Shown: positions 1 through 13,170 of the stretch, piece after piece
Layout of the letters: each line of letters begins with the position of its first letter
Position numbering within the stretch: position 1 is the first letter of the stretch
Source of the DNA: Takakia lepidozioides
Taxonomy: Eukaryota; Plantae; Bryophyta
NCBI GenBank assembly: GCA_030704615.1
Contig: CM060731.1
Span: 8,184,001-8,248,000, forward strand
Length of the DNA: 64,000 nt
Direction: 5' to 3'
Notes under the pieces: generated by a model
What the model was told of the DNA's origin: nothing
The model's input: only the letters and a program-made list of their open reading frames with translations
Database searches by the model: none
Made by a program: the position numbers and the translations under genes

Positions 1-307
1 TCACGATTCAGATACATAGTGAAATTGGTTATAGACAAATGTTCTATACAATTGGTTCCACACCGCAGTAATGTCTACTACTGCCGCGAACCCAGCTTCC
101 TTTGCAGACTGGACTGCAAACCCTAATCACTCTGCCCCATCATTACCCAAACTTACATGACAAAATTCGTCGGGAGAACTACTAGCCACTCATGAACGAT
201 CTACAAAGATACTCCTATCGCTATGGTGGCCAAGAGCAGAGAAAATGTCTTCACATTGGTGGTGTTGAGTAACACCATGTGAGTGATGAAGAAAGAGGAA
301 TAAAACC

Positions 308-649
<342 letters not shown>

Positions 650-994
650 TCAGTAGGGAGCACACCAACACCCGAGCAATCCAAATCCACCGCGACGACT
701 GAAGACAAACACTGATACAGCCACAAACAACACCTAAGATCCAGAGCAGCACAGCCGAAAGGAAGCAGCTTGGAGACGATTCGACAGCAGCAAGAAAGAC
801 TTCTACGAGTGTGTGACACTCTCAACAACTTATACGCACAGACAAGCAAACACTCACCGCACTTGTTTTGAACGAGAGAGCGCGTGGCCCGTCGGATCTA
901 CTCACGACGGTTCAGATGATACAGAATCTTTACCACCAGATTCAAAAACTGACGGCCTCGATGTGACAGAGTGGGAGAGGAAAGGGTGCCTGGA

Positions 995-1089
995 AGCCGT
1001 TGGATTCTCATCGACGGCTCTTGGATGATGTCATTTCAAAATCTCACGCGGATCGAAGTTTGTCCGTCCGATAGTAAGAATCCAACGGT
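995..1089. promoter_or_regulatory. Plant histone promoter elements
   Basis: TCACGCGGATC (type II element containing the CGCGGATC octamer) at 1044-1054; TCCAACGG (nonamer/MSA-like) on both strands at ~995-1004 and ~1081-1088, upstream of H4. Confidence 0.7.
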
Positions 1090-1342
1090 ATGCGTATTAC
1101 TAACTCCTCCTACTTAGTTTGGGCGGGATTAGTCTAACTAAACTGTGGGAACTTTTGATGCTCCGGTTTTTGAATCAAAGAAAAGCTCGGGCGACATTCA
1201 GAAGCATCTTCCGAATTCATTGAGTCCTCTAGTGTAGATTCTATCCTCTCTGCAAGACAGATTTACTGACTATATTCCCCTTGTTTAAGGCATACCCCGT
1301 AGAGGAAGGGGAATAACCCCCTAGCGCCAGAAGCTTACCTTA

Positions 1343-2756
1343 GGCCCCGGCCGCATCTGCCGGTTAGGTAACCGACGGCTAACCGGTCAGTTACGTGGCT
1401 GGCCTGATAGCTAATTAATCCCCGGCCGCACCTGCCGGTTAAGTTAACTGGTGCAACGTAGTTAACAAACCGTGCTGCTGCCCGAATTCCTTTCCTGCCC
1501 GCACGATGGCATCGCCCTTTCCTCTCTCCTCGTGCGCACGAGCTATGGCGTTGTACAATCTGGAAGAATCCTTTGTCTCTGTTATATGTGACTTTCATTC
1601 TTGCAGGCACTGGGACGTCAAGAAGCAAGAGCCCCGCATATGACGGTCTGGAGCGCAGCCAAGTGACTCTGGGAGTGCAAAGAAATTACAGAGAGGCTGC
1701 TTTGGCCTGCCGTTTCTCCTTGTGTTCTATGAACAATGCGGGTATATGCCATGGCTGCTCAGTTGCACTTGGGAGTTTTCACTTCACCAGAGTTGAGACC
1801 TGCGCGAGCAAAGGAGTCGCTTTGGATTGAAATTTCCCATTCTACTGGGATCTCGGAGGTCTCCGTCTCTGAGCTTCAAACTTCCTCTCGTGAGTTGTGA
1901 TGAGGTGTCAGCTGAATTTAATTTAACGTAAGCCTTTTTCTTTTGCTGCATTGGTTATGGGGAAATTGCGTTGGAGGTGTGCTCTGCCGTCACTGGACTC
2001 TTTGTACGAATTGATTGGGCAGTTATCCTGAAACTATTCGATGCAATTCAAGCAAGTCTAGTTGGATGTAACTAGTTTTCTCAGATCTAACAACATTCAC
2101 AGATGTAGATAGGACATCTGTTCCACCTGGCAAGTCCATAGCCTAGGAAGCTCTCCCTTGTATGCGAGCATTGATAGCACCTGTTTCTCAATATCTGCAG
2201 CTTCACTTGAGCAATCAGATTCTCCACCTTCAGCACACAAGTACCTTTGTTGTGTGGACATTCAAAATCCCAGGGAATTCAACTATGAGAGACTCTCTCT
2301 TTCAACTCACTCTCTCCCAAAAGGAAAAGTGCCAAATTTGTCACCACCTGATGAAGGAACACAATCGGAAGATGCATAAAGCCACAATGCAGAGCTAGGA
2401 AGGTATCAAGTTTGTCGCAGAAAAGCAAAGAAGCACTGCACTCAAAAAATACCGAGTAGCCACAACGAAGAGGGCCAAGCAATCAAGCGCCAAGCACTGC
2501 ACTCTATGGTGATGGAACGAGTTTCAAGCACGCGATGCATGGCATGAGCTCGCGCTGCCCGATTTTTAATCGCAGCCCGAGGTTTAACACCTCCATGGAG
2601 GAGGTGTTAAATATCGGCCACTCCCCGTTACAGGATTTAACGGCAGTTAATAGCCGGTTAGGTCACCGGCTTCCTAATCGGCAGGTGCGGCCGTCGTGCC
2701 GCTAACGCCGATTAGCTAACCTAATTGCTTCCTAACTAGCAGGTGCGGCCGGGGCC
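1343..2756. mobile_element. Non-autonomous PIF/Harbinger DNA transposon
   Basis: TIRs GGCCCCGGCCGCA...TGCGGCCGGGGCC with subterminal CCGCAYCTGCCGGTTA repeats; TTA target-site duplication at 1340-1342 and 2757-2759. Confidence 0.85.
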
Positions 2757-3209
2757 TTACACCCCTAGAATATTAGCGTGGAGCGTGAATAGGGTGTCAT
2801 AGTGCCATGTCATCATCGCCACGTCATCGTCATCACGCCACGTCGTCGTCGTCATTTTTGTTTTGAGGTGCCTATACTGCCCAAAGAGAAAACCACAAAA
2901 ATGAAAAACTTCCTGAACGGGCGTACCTGCCGGCGTGTGTGTTTCTTTTGCAAAGGAACCTCGCAGAGTCGCGTGAGCCGATCACTCCGTAGAATTTCCA
3001 ACTCAACCAACATCGTGATTCTGCGGTTGTTGTCAACTCAGCTCTAATTTTCTGGCAGTGATGGAGATGTGGAGCTGAATACTACAGTGCGTGGGAAATC
3101 ATTGCAGTGTTCAGACCCATTGTCAATGACTGCATCCTCTCACTTCCTCAGTTTCACACCAATTCTTTTCAAATTGTCTTGACGCAGGGGAGGCAGTGCA
3201 GCATGTGCG

Positions 3210-3490
3210 ATGCTGGAGTCGTTGTCATCGGCTTTGTGGCCCGCCTATGAATCGGAGCGCTCGCAGCCCTGGGTGCCACCCCCCATGCACCACGCCTCTG
3301 TATCAGGGGCGGGTAACAGTCAGCGCGTGGTGGAGAAGTACCCTATACACATAGTGGAGAAGTTAAATGGCTACTTCAGTATGGGGAAGGAAGAATTAGA
3401 CCAAGCGGTGCGTGCAGATGAGTGGGGTCTTTCGTCAGATGCTCTCCTCCACTATAAGAATGCAGATCGATTTTTCGCTGAAGGCATTTT
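3210..3490 (+). pseudogene. Gene fragment: N-terminal MIT domain of a spastin-like AAA ATPase
   Basis: EKLNGYFSMGKEELDQAVRADEWGLSSDALLHYKNA resembles the plant spastin MIT region; no AAA exons follow. Confidence 0.6.
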
Positions 3491-3842
3491 TCACCTTTTT
3501 TTACAAGGTGACGATTGATGTCACCTTGTAATGTTATCAGCAGCAAGTCCTAGTGGAATTCAGCAGGTAATTCGATCCTGGGCTTGGCTCTCTTCTCTCT
3601 CGCTCGTCAATTAGCGGGCATAATAGAAGTACAGGGATGTTGTTGGAATGCAATGGGCATTCTAACTCAATTAACCTAAAACTGAGGAGCTTTCTAGGAT
3701 TGGAAGAGGACCTTACTCTCCCTGTGTTTAAGCTGTAGGGTGCAATCGGGCGTCAACTTATTGCTATAATAAGGAGCTTTCTGGACGAATCTGGAAAATC
3801 TCAATCAGAAGTCGTTCTTCAAAAGCATAGGCAGCAATTAGC

Positions 3843-4110
3843 TTGGTTATATTGAATGAATCGGATGCAACGACACCGGTGCAACTGGCAACATTCTCGC
3901 TTACAGATGTGCAGTTGAATAAGAATCCAGGAGGCTCGAATAACAGTTTTAATGTCTCAGGTGTACTTCAGCTGGCAATTACATCCCAGAGAAGCATCTT
4001 CTATGGTTTGACCCCAGGTTTCTCGCAAATGAGCATCGAATTGGAGGGCGTCTCTATAGAAACAGAGAAGGAGTACACGCTCTGTATGCTTGGCTGTGCC
4101 CTGTTCCCAG
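3843..4110 (+). pseudogene. Gene fragment resembling plant DUF2921 proteins
   Basis: NVSGVLQL...IELEGVSIETEKEYTLCMLGC pattern; runs directly into PPR sequence. Confidence 0.45.
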
Positions 4111-4350
4111 CGAAAGTCAAACACCTTTCTACTTAACTCCTTCATCAACATATATTCCAAGTGCGAGAGCATCATGGATGCACACCAAGTCTTTGAAAGG
4201 ATGCCTGACCGACATATATCTACATGGAATATAATGATAGCAGGATATGCCAAGCATGTGTATGGTAGGGAGACTTTCAAGATGTATGAGCTAATGCAAC
4301 ATGGAGGAACGACTCCCAACGGAGTCACCCATTTGCATCCTCAATGCATG
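4110..4350 (+). pseudogene. PPR gene fragment
   Basis: NTFLLNSFINIYSKC..IMDAHQVFERM...TWNIMIAGYAKH; about two PPR motifs, truncated. Confidence 0.8.
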
Positions 4351-5019
4351 TGCCAGCATATGGCATATCTGAGGCTGAAGCGCTGGGTAAGATTGTCATG
4401 TACGCTTCGGATCAAGGCCATTCATGTGTGCAAAAGGCCTGCCATGTAGACATCTCGCACAAGAATCAACAGATCCTCCCAAGGCTCTTACTACCCCTCC
4501 CTGCTTCCTCTCCTGTATATAATTCTTCTTTCTGGTTGGACCTTACGTGCCCATTGTCTAACTGTCTTTGTGATCATATACAGATAACTGGCATCAACAT
4601 GAACAATTTTCGACCGCTACAAACAGATGCCTCTACAAACTACCTTGTCACCAGCAGTGCTTGCAAAAGCTATAGGGGCTGATTGATGTTGCAGCTGGCC
4701 TTGTGCCATTCTTTCTCACTGCATCGGTACCAAACATCTAAACATCTGCTGAAATTAACTTGGTATCTGGGCCTACTTCTTTTCAGTAGAGGACAGGGAT
4801 TCTGGCTGCTTGTCTGTTAGGAGTATCATCTGCATGACAGGACTGATATGTATTCCTTTCTGGTCCCTTTGCGGGTATTGACCTGCTAGTGATCTTAGCA
4901 CCAAAAATGCATTGAATGGCCCCTTGTGATCATATAGTCCACTCAGTATTGCTGCACAACAACAAAGTGCTAATAGCAGAAGATGCGTGAGGCAAGTGCA
5001 TCTATTGGAGAGGTTAATG

Positions 5020-6522
5020 GCTACACAAAGTGTGGTGTCATGGAGTGCAATGATTGCAGGATATGCCCAGCATGGGTGTGGTAAGGAGGCTTTGGGGACC
5101 TATGAGAAAATGATACAAGAAGTAGGCCACGTTCATCTGCATTGTCAATGCCTGTGCAAGCCCGGCAGCCCTAGAGAAGGGGAAAGTTGTCCATGCTGAC
5201 ATGATGCAAGCTAGAATTGTGACAGATATTGTTCTGGATACTGCCCTGGTTGACATGTATGCCAAATGCGGCGACATACATGATGCCCGTCATGTGTTTG
5301 ACAATATGGCTCAACGCAGTGTGGTCTCATGGAACCCAATATGGGATATGCACAGCATGGGTGTGGTAGGGAGGCTTTGGAGACCTATGAGCTAATGATT
5401 CAGCAAGGGGTGACCCCTGACAAGGTCACATTTGTCTGTGTTGCCAATGTCTGTGCCAGCCTCGCAGCCTGGGAGATGGGCAAGGAGGTCCATGCTGACA
5501 TTCGAAAGGCTGAAATTGTGCCGGATACCATACTAGATACTGCTTTGCTTGACATGTATGCCAAATGCAGGAACATTGAGGAGGCCCGTCAAGTGTTTGA
5601 CAAGACAGCTCAATGCAGTGTGGTCTCATGGAACCTATAATTCAAGGATATGCCCAGCATGGGTGTGGTAGGGAGGCTTTGGAGATCTTTAACAAATGAT
5701 ACAGGAAAGGGTGACACCCAATCAAGTCACGTTTGTTTGTGTGCTGAAGGCTTGCGCCAGCCTCGCAGCCCTAGAGAAGGGCAAAGAAGTCCATGCCGAC
5801 ATCATGAAAGCCGGAATAGAGCCAGATATCATTCTGGACACTGCCCTGGTGGACATGTATGCCAAATGCTGGAGCATAACTGATGCACGTCGAGTGTTTG
5901 ACAACATGGGTCAAAGAAGTGTGATCTCATGGAATGCCATGATTGCAGGATATGTCCAGCATGGATGTGGTAGGGAGGGTTTGGAGACTTACGAGCAAAT
6001 GATACAGGAAGGAGAGTAACCTGACCAGGTCACATTCGTTTGCGTTATCCACGCTTGTGCCAGCCTGGCAGCCCTGGAGAAGGTCAGACTGGTGCATGCT
6101 GACATCCTGAAAGTTGGAATTGTGCAAGATCGCATTCTCGAAAATACCCTGTTGGATATGTATTCCAAATGCGGGAGCATAAATGATGCAGAGCAGGTGT
6201 TTGACAATTGACTCAACGAGATGTAGTCTCATGGAACACAATGATTACAGGTGCGCAGCATGGGCGTGGTAGGAAAGCCCTGGATTTATGTAAACAAATG
6301 CAACAGGAAGGGTTCAAGCCGAATGGTATAACTTTTGTATGTGTTCTCCCTGTATGTAGCCATGTGGGCCTAGTGGACGAGGGCAGACACTACTGGGAAT
6401 CCCTAACCCGAGATCACGGCCTCACTCCTACAGGAGAGCCACAAGTCTGCATGGTAGACCTTCTTGGCCGTGCAGGGTGCTTGGATGAGGCTGAGGACTT
6501 CCATCAACAAAATGCCAACTGA
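5020..6522 (+). pseudogene. PLS-class PPR pseudogene (frameshifts and stops; truncated in E domain, no DYW)
   Basis: Repeated SWNAMIAGYAQHGCGREA / DMYAKCG / TFVCVLKACASL motifs split across frames; ends CMVDLLGRAGCLDEAEDF. Confidence 0.92.
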
Positions 6523-7145
6523 GCCAGGTACTGTGAAAATGATAGAGGAGGTGGTATTGGAAAGTCAAGACAGATTTTTATCAAAACAACTTCAGCATGC
6601 TGCATGCATATAACTTCAAATAATATGGAAAAACAAAATGTTAATGTGGAGAGCTGGATAAAATATGTTTTAATTAAACAAGCCTCAAAATTGCAATTGG
6701 CTCTCTTGCTTTGGCAAAACATAAGAAGAATGGAAAACTAGGGAGCATGATTGAGCACAAAACGCCAATATGAGGCTTGACATGTAAGGGTCGTCTCTCT
6801 CTACAAGCGAGCCAATAAATGTTCATATGTTCATAAAACTTGAATATAGCCCATCTATCTGGACGTTGTTCTCCGAAGTCGTCACTAATAGTGCGGAGCA
6901 ACGCGAAGCCCTAATATATATATAGATAGTCCTGCGAACAAATTTCAAATAACTTAGGGTTGTGGCGGTGGTAAGACATCCTGCTGTGCATGGGCGAGGA
7001 GAGAGGCGGGCCCGCTAGCCACGAAGGCTCGCCGGAGCAGCCCAGCCACGGCCGGTATCCGGCGTGCTGCCTCGATAAAGGCGCATGTAAGCAGTGGTAT
7101 AGGCATGACTAGGATGGTCAGACACCTTAATTACGCTGCCATATA

Positions 7146-7831
7146 CCGTCCTTGGACAACCCTTTAGGCATTTTTGCGCCTAATAATAAAATCAATCATT
7201 CAAAAAATTGCCCTTTTGAAAAACCATTTCTCATTTTAGGCATTTTCATGCTATAATTTTTTATAATTAGGCACATGAGAAGAAAAAAATATTATTTTAA
7301 GAGTAAAATACGAAATAGAAACCCAATGCCCATAGGCCCTTCCAAGCTCCATCTATCATTCATTTGGACGGGAATGTTGAAGACACTAAGGATATCCCTG
7401 ATATCTACCTTGACCTTAGTGTAGAGGAAACTATGTGTAGATGTCTTGCAAATCTGCACATTGAAAATGAGGAGATCCCTGGTGGACGAGGTAGATGGAG
7501 AGATCATGATGATTGACAAGGTAGATGGAGAGATCATGATAGGAAGATGCAAAGGCCTTTCGAACTTGCTCCATTGCATCTAGATTGCGATTTGTAGGAA
7601 GTTATTTCCGCACACATATATTTGTATTGATTTTTGTTCAATGAAATTTTTGTTTTTTTTCATTTTATTTTCATCTTATTACAAACAACATGAGAAGAGG
7701 CTTGCAAGTTTTTTGCTGGAATTTTTAGGAAGTAGGAACTTTGGTCCCGGCCAAAATCTGAAAAATTCACATAATTGGTTAGGCACTTTCATTTTGAATT
7801 AATTATCGCCTTAACAGTTGTCCAGGGACGG
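7146..7831. mobile_element. MITE with CCGT termini (Tc1/mariner-pogo-like)
   Basis: TIRs CCGTCCTTGGACAAC / GTTGTCCAGGGACGG; TA on the left, AA on the right; AT-rich body with TTAGGCA motifs shared with the other MITEs here. Confidence 0.7.
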
Positions 7832-7845
7832 AATGATATGCTTAA

Positions 7846-9856
7846 GTGTCTGTTTTTGAAGACTGCAACGCCCTTCAACTTGCAAAAACGCTCCATATGA
7901 AGGGCAAAAAAATCAGGGCCCTTCAAAAGAAAGGCCAGACAAACTCTGAACCTTTCATCATGAAGGGCTAAAAAACAAAACTTGCAAATGAAAGTCTAAT
8001 AAGTTTGATAATGAAGGGTTCAAGCCTCAAGGTACATGTGCTTAATGACGAAGGGTTCAAAGCCTCAAGAGTCCAGGGTTCAAACCTCAAGGTATAAGTG
8101 CTTAATAATGAAGGGTTCAAAGCCTCAAGAGTTAAGGGTTCAAACCTCAAGGTATAAGTGCTTAATAATGAAGGTACAAGTGCTTAACCCCTAAAACGTC
8201 CGGGGGGTGGTACTGTTCCAAAACAATAGACCCCTGCAGTGAAAAATCGCAAGAACTCGGTGGAAAATGAGAAATTTAAAAATTTGATCGCACATTATGT
8301 GCTCACCTACATATCAAGACATGTGCAAAATTTGGAGGCAACTGCCCCATATCTGCAAAATTACCACTGTTGAATGTGGGGCCCAACTTTTGGGCCCCAG
8401 AAAAAAAAACAAGCTGGAGTCAGTAAATTGGGAATTTGCCTGACGGGATGACATCCATTTTAGCTAAATCTGCTCCTAGTTGGATCCTTCATCCAGCAAG
8501 ATGAAAAGGAGGCCATTTGGCCAACTGAACGGAACACTGCACATGGGAGCGAGCTATCCGGATTCGGGAGTGGCCACTTTGAGTCTCCATGAGTGTTCCG
8601 TTTTGAAGGGTACAATTGCAAGTTTTCTAAAACATTTGCCATTCATGTTGAAGGGCTGTAATTTTGACAGCCCTTCATTTTTCTTTTGGCGGCCATTCGG
8701 CGAGCATGCATGTAACATAAAAATGATGTTGCTGTGCAATACACCTGAAATGAAAGTCAGACATAGAGACATATAGACAGACACACACCTTGCTCCATTT
8801 TGGAACATACTGCATGCTACAAAAGTTTTAAATTTTATGATTGTGACCATACATGATGAAGGGGTTTGATCAGGTCGAAAAATATAAGTCAGTGACACCC
8901 AAATTGGCACACTACAATGATGGGCTAAGGATGAAGTACCTTGTGCAATGCACAACTAATACTAAGCCTGAGTTTGTCCTAGGAAAAAGAGAGAGAGAAA
9001 ACAAATCCAGGCGTTTACTCACCTAAAATCTGAGATCTGTGACATCAAATATTGCTATCTCCATGATGGAAGGAAAAGCCTACAAGCAGAGCAAACAAAA
9101 ACAACCTGCAGTAACCAGTCCACAGCCCAATATAGCACCCCCATGTCTGTAGCTATTCAATATCATTCAACATAGGAAGGGTGCTTCAGGGTTCAGCAAG
9201 CTCCCATTCAAGTAAATCATCAACAAATGATACATAATACTAACTTACAAAATCATTAGTCATCGTTATCACTACTACTAAGGGAGTCATATCCATTAAC
9301 TTCCACGAAAATGTCTCAAACAATAATTATTTATAATGTTTTGTGAAACATTTCAGACCTACACACCAACAAAAAGACCCACTTGGAGCCTACCACACAA
9401 TCCCATCATCCATAAATATAGGATGCTAATGCCATACCTGGACAAGGTAGTAAAATATGCGAAGCCCCTCTGGATCTTTGCTGCTCTGGACATCAAGCAA
9501 AGAGCGAGTACATTGTGAAGGAGATGTGCTCATTTCCCATCACAATCTCAAGCTCTTGTTGGCCTATTCTATCAGGGCAATGGATAGGTTTAAGCACTTG
9601 TACCTTCATTATTAAGCACCTATACCTTGAGGTTTGAACCCTTGACTCTTTCATTATTAAGCACATGTACCTTGAGGCTTGAACCCTTCATTATCAAACT
9701 TAGAGTTTCATTTGCGAGTTTTTGTTTTTTAGCCCTTCATGATGAAAGGTTCAGATTTTATCTGGCCTTTCTTATGAAGGGCCCTGATGGGTTTTCCCCT
9801 TCATATGGAGCATTTTTGCAAGTTGAAGGGCGTTGCAGTCTTCAAAAATAGACACG
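7846..9856. mobile_element. Long-TIR (foldback/MULE-like) non-autonomous element with captured host sequence
   Basis: 7846-8190 and 9588-9856 are inverted copies (GTGTCTGTTTTTGAAGACTGCAACGCCCTTCAAC / GTTGAAGGGCGTTGCAGTCTTCAAAAATAGACAC) with internal tandem GAAGGGTTCAA units; no clear TSD. Confidence 0.8.
9438..9577 (-). pseudogene. Captured MAGO NASHI exon fragment
   Basis: Minus strand reads PDRIGQQELEIVMGNEHISFT...SLLDVQSSKDPEGLRIFYYLVQ followed by a GTATGG donor; internal frameshift. Confidence 0.85.
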
Positions 9857-10365
9857 AGATGTGAGGCCATAACTCTCTGACACCCCAATCGGAAGCCATG
9901 CAGACAATAGTACCTTTAATTCATTCTACCGTACTTACCTAGCTTATTAGGCAATAATTAATTCAAAATCAAGTGCCTAACTAAATTTAGAACATTTTTG
10001 GAAAATATATATACCTAAAGGCCAGGCCACACTTGGTGGTAACTTCTTTTGGGATAACTTGGCTAACACTGCACCAAAGTGACCAGCTGGCAAAAACTAA
10101 CATCATGATAACATAAAGTTATCATAATAGAGACTTAGCATCGAAGCTGCTAGGTTCACACTTGGAACTGATGTTAAGTTTATCACTAGGTTGGCACTAT
10201 CATCATGTATCGTGATTTATACCTACATAATATAGAGTTATGTTGTCTCTCTCAACTTTATGTCTGTCTGTCTACGCTACTATTCATCGTGTCTGCGTGC
10301 TCGTCATCTCTACACCAGTGTCTCTGTGTTGTTCTACGTGCTCTTCTTCGTTTCGTTGCGTATTA

Positions 10366-11704
10366 TGGATGCCGCAGTGGCTGCAAGATTTTTTTTTCTT
10401 CTTCTTGAGACGCTTCAGAAATTGACCGACATTGCTTACATAGATCTTCCAGCCACAGGCTTTCCAGAGTGGGATGCTAACAACTCAAATCACATGCAGC
10501 TCGTCTATAACGCGATTGCACTTCATGATTCTAAAGTACCATGCAATCTTGCGTTTATAGGCACTGAGTTAGGACACATGGTGAAACCTAGGAGTACTCC
10601 CTGATTTTCGCGTTTTTACTCACTGAATATGACGATGAGAGATGGATACAAAACTTTAGAATGACCAAGCACACTCTCTATGACATTGCGAACCAAGTGA
10701 GGGCAATGGTAGAGAAAAAAAACACAAAATATCGTAAAGCTGTGCCTGTCGAGATCAGAGTTGCATGCACAATCTACAAGCTTGCCCTCGGAGCTAATTA
10801 TTTGATACGTAGTGAACTCTTTGCAATTGGTCGCTCAACAGTTGCTCTTGTTATCCGAGAAGTAATCCGAGCAATCAACATCGTCTTTAGAAAACTCATT
10901 ACATGGCCAACCTGAAACAAAATGGAGACTGTTATGAGAGAGTTCCACGACTGGTGCGGATTACCAAGTGTACAGGGTGCTATTGATGGAACATATATTG
11001 CAATTGTAAAACCCTCTGGAGCATTTGCTGAGGACTACTATTACCATAAATCAGGGGGGTACAGTATTGTAGCTCAGGCTGTCGTTGATTGTAACAAGCA
11101 ATTCATGGACCTCTTCGTAGGCCTACCAGGGAGCGTTAACGATTCACGTGTGCTTAGAAAATCCGGACTCTACAAACAAGCACAGTACCATGGCCTATTT
11201 CACCGAGACATAGGTTCGCAAGAGAACTTCTCTCCTTATCTGTTGGGAGACAAATGCTATACTTTGTTATCTTGGATCACGGTTCCTCATAAATAAGGTA
11301 ATCACACGATCTTGGAGGCACTGTTCTACTGCAAACACAAGAGAGGTCAGTGGTGGAGAATGCTTTTGGAATCACGAAACGGACTTTTCGTGAGGTGTCC
11401 ACAAAAACTGAGCTGCACATTACATTGGTGCCTGACATGATTATATGTTGTTGTCTTCTACATAATTTGATCCTTGGGTCGTCATGATGAAGAGACTCTA
11501 CGACTTTTAGAGGCTGAAGCTCAAACTAAAGTACCCGCTAGAGCACCTGTGGCTCCACGCAGACACAGACCAAGATCCAATAATAGAAATTTGCACCAAG
11601 AGAATGAACCAGTGCAAGAGACAATTCAAGGTCAAGAAACATGTGGATTGCAACTTCGAATTCAATTGGATCAATATCTTGGCAGTGAACGCCATGTGAC
11701 CTGA
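10366..11704 (+). pseudogene. PIF/Harbinger (HARBI1-like) DDE transposase, disrupted
   Basis: GAIDGTYI, QAVVD, GLPGSVNDSRVL, YLLGDKCY, VENAFG motifs; several stops and frameshifts. Confidence 0.92.
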
Positions 11705-11838
11705 AAAATGGTACACCAACGCTATCTATTCAAAATTTTGATCATTTCTATGAAATCTGTCTTTGTAGCGAAAACAGCAATAATCATTGATGCAAAAAGT
11801 AAAATGATCAGAAAGAGTAACGTTGGTGTGAGCTCAAT

Positions 11839-13170
11839 CTAGTCTTCAGTAGCAGCTGTAGGATTGTTGTCAGAAACTGTAGGATAGCCTTCAGGAATTG
11901 TAGGTTTTGCAAAAGCTGTGCTTAGTACCTGTGTTAGTCCAAATATGGCCTGGACCATGCTCCTTTGTGTGATATTGATTTTTTGGTCACGCATTTTGTA
12001 GTACTCCAACTGCTTTTGCACAATCTGGTCATGTGCCTTTGCACGTTTCTCTTCAATCTCCAAATTTGTAGTGCGAATGCGATCAATTGATTCAACGAGC
12101 AGTCTACTTTCTTTCTCAGTTGCTTCGACCATGTTCTTATGGACAAAAGATGACTTCTTCTTAACTCCAGTACTGCCAGTAATTGGACGTGTAAGAGTAG
12201 GTTGGCTTACAATGCGGACAGATGAATTTGATGTATCTGAAAGATCTGGTTGCCGAATTGCATCATTCATTTGCTCCTGGAAGCTACTGCATCGAATTGG
12301 GTCCTCACGAGTTCCTGACTGTGGCATGCCAACATTGTCCAATTTTGGCGGAGGAGATGGGATTGCTGAATAGGGTGTTGTTGCACCGTGTCTAGGGGGA
12401 ACAATGGGCTAAGGTGTAACTTGATTGCTGCGTCTTAGATTATTCGCAGTTCTAGGTAGAAATGACCGGTTCACAGTCTCATAAGCTTCAGGCTCCACAC
12501 CTTGAGGAATTTGGTTGCAGGTACCTCCATTTGAACATCTCTAGCCTGTTGTGGAGACCCTTGCAACGGAGGAATGTACTTCATGGTGTCATGTGAATCT
12601 TCAGCATGAACCACTTCCGGAGAAATGTAGACACCATCTCCTTCTTGCATCAAATCACGTGCATGTGGAGGATTAAAGATTGGTCTGCTCCCCATAAATG
12701 CGTCTATCAGCTCATACATTGAGTGACTATAATGTCGAGGAAGATTGAAAGCCAGCTTGTCTGCAGGGGTCATGATCCAATATTGTTCATTATGACCAGT
12801 CCCTTAGTGGTAATCATAGATCCTCTTTAAATCCCATAGAGAGCCCCTCACTTATCTTTGCAGGCAGATCCATTTCGTTGTTGAGGGGAATTTCCATCTG
12901 CCATTTGAAATTGGTCCCGAGGATCCACTTGATCTAGGGTTGCAATGTACTCATCCTTTTTGGCCTTGATCAAAGACAAAATCTCCGTGTGCTCCTAGTT
13001 GGGCTGCCCTGGTCTTTTTGCACGACAATCCGAAGAGTCTGATTGTGCGGGTTGGTTTTCAACGACATTTCTCTTGGCCCTCCCACGAGAATCTCGTCCT
13101 CTTCCTCTACCTCTGGATGCGTTGGTTCTGGATGCGTTCAAGGTTCTTGTAGGTGTCGTTTCCTACTGGC
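11839..13170 (-). pseudogene. Harbinger ORF1 (Myb/SANT-like DNA-binding protein), disrupted
   Basis: Convergent with the transposase; degraded Myb-like region ~12790-13000, then low-complexity and coiled-coil C-terminus (IEEKRAKAHDQIVQKQLEYYKMRD). Confidence 0.7.
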
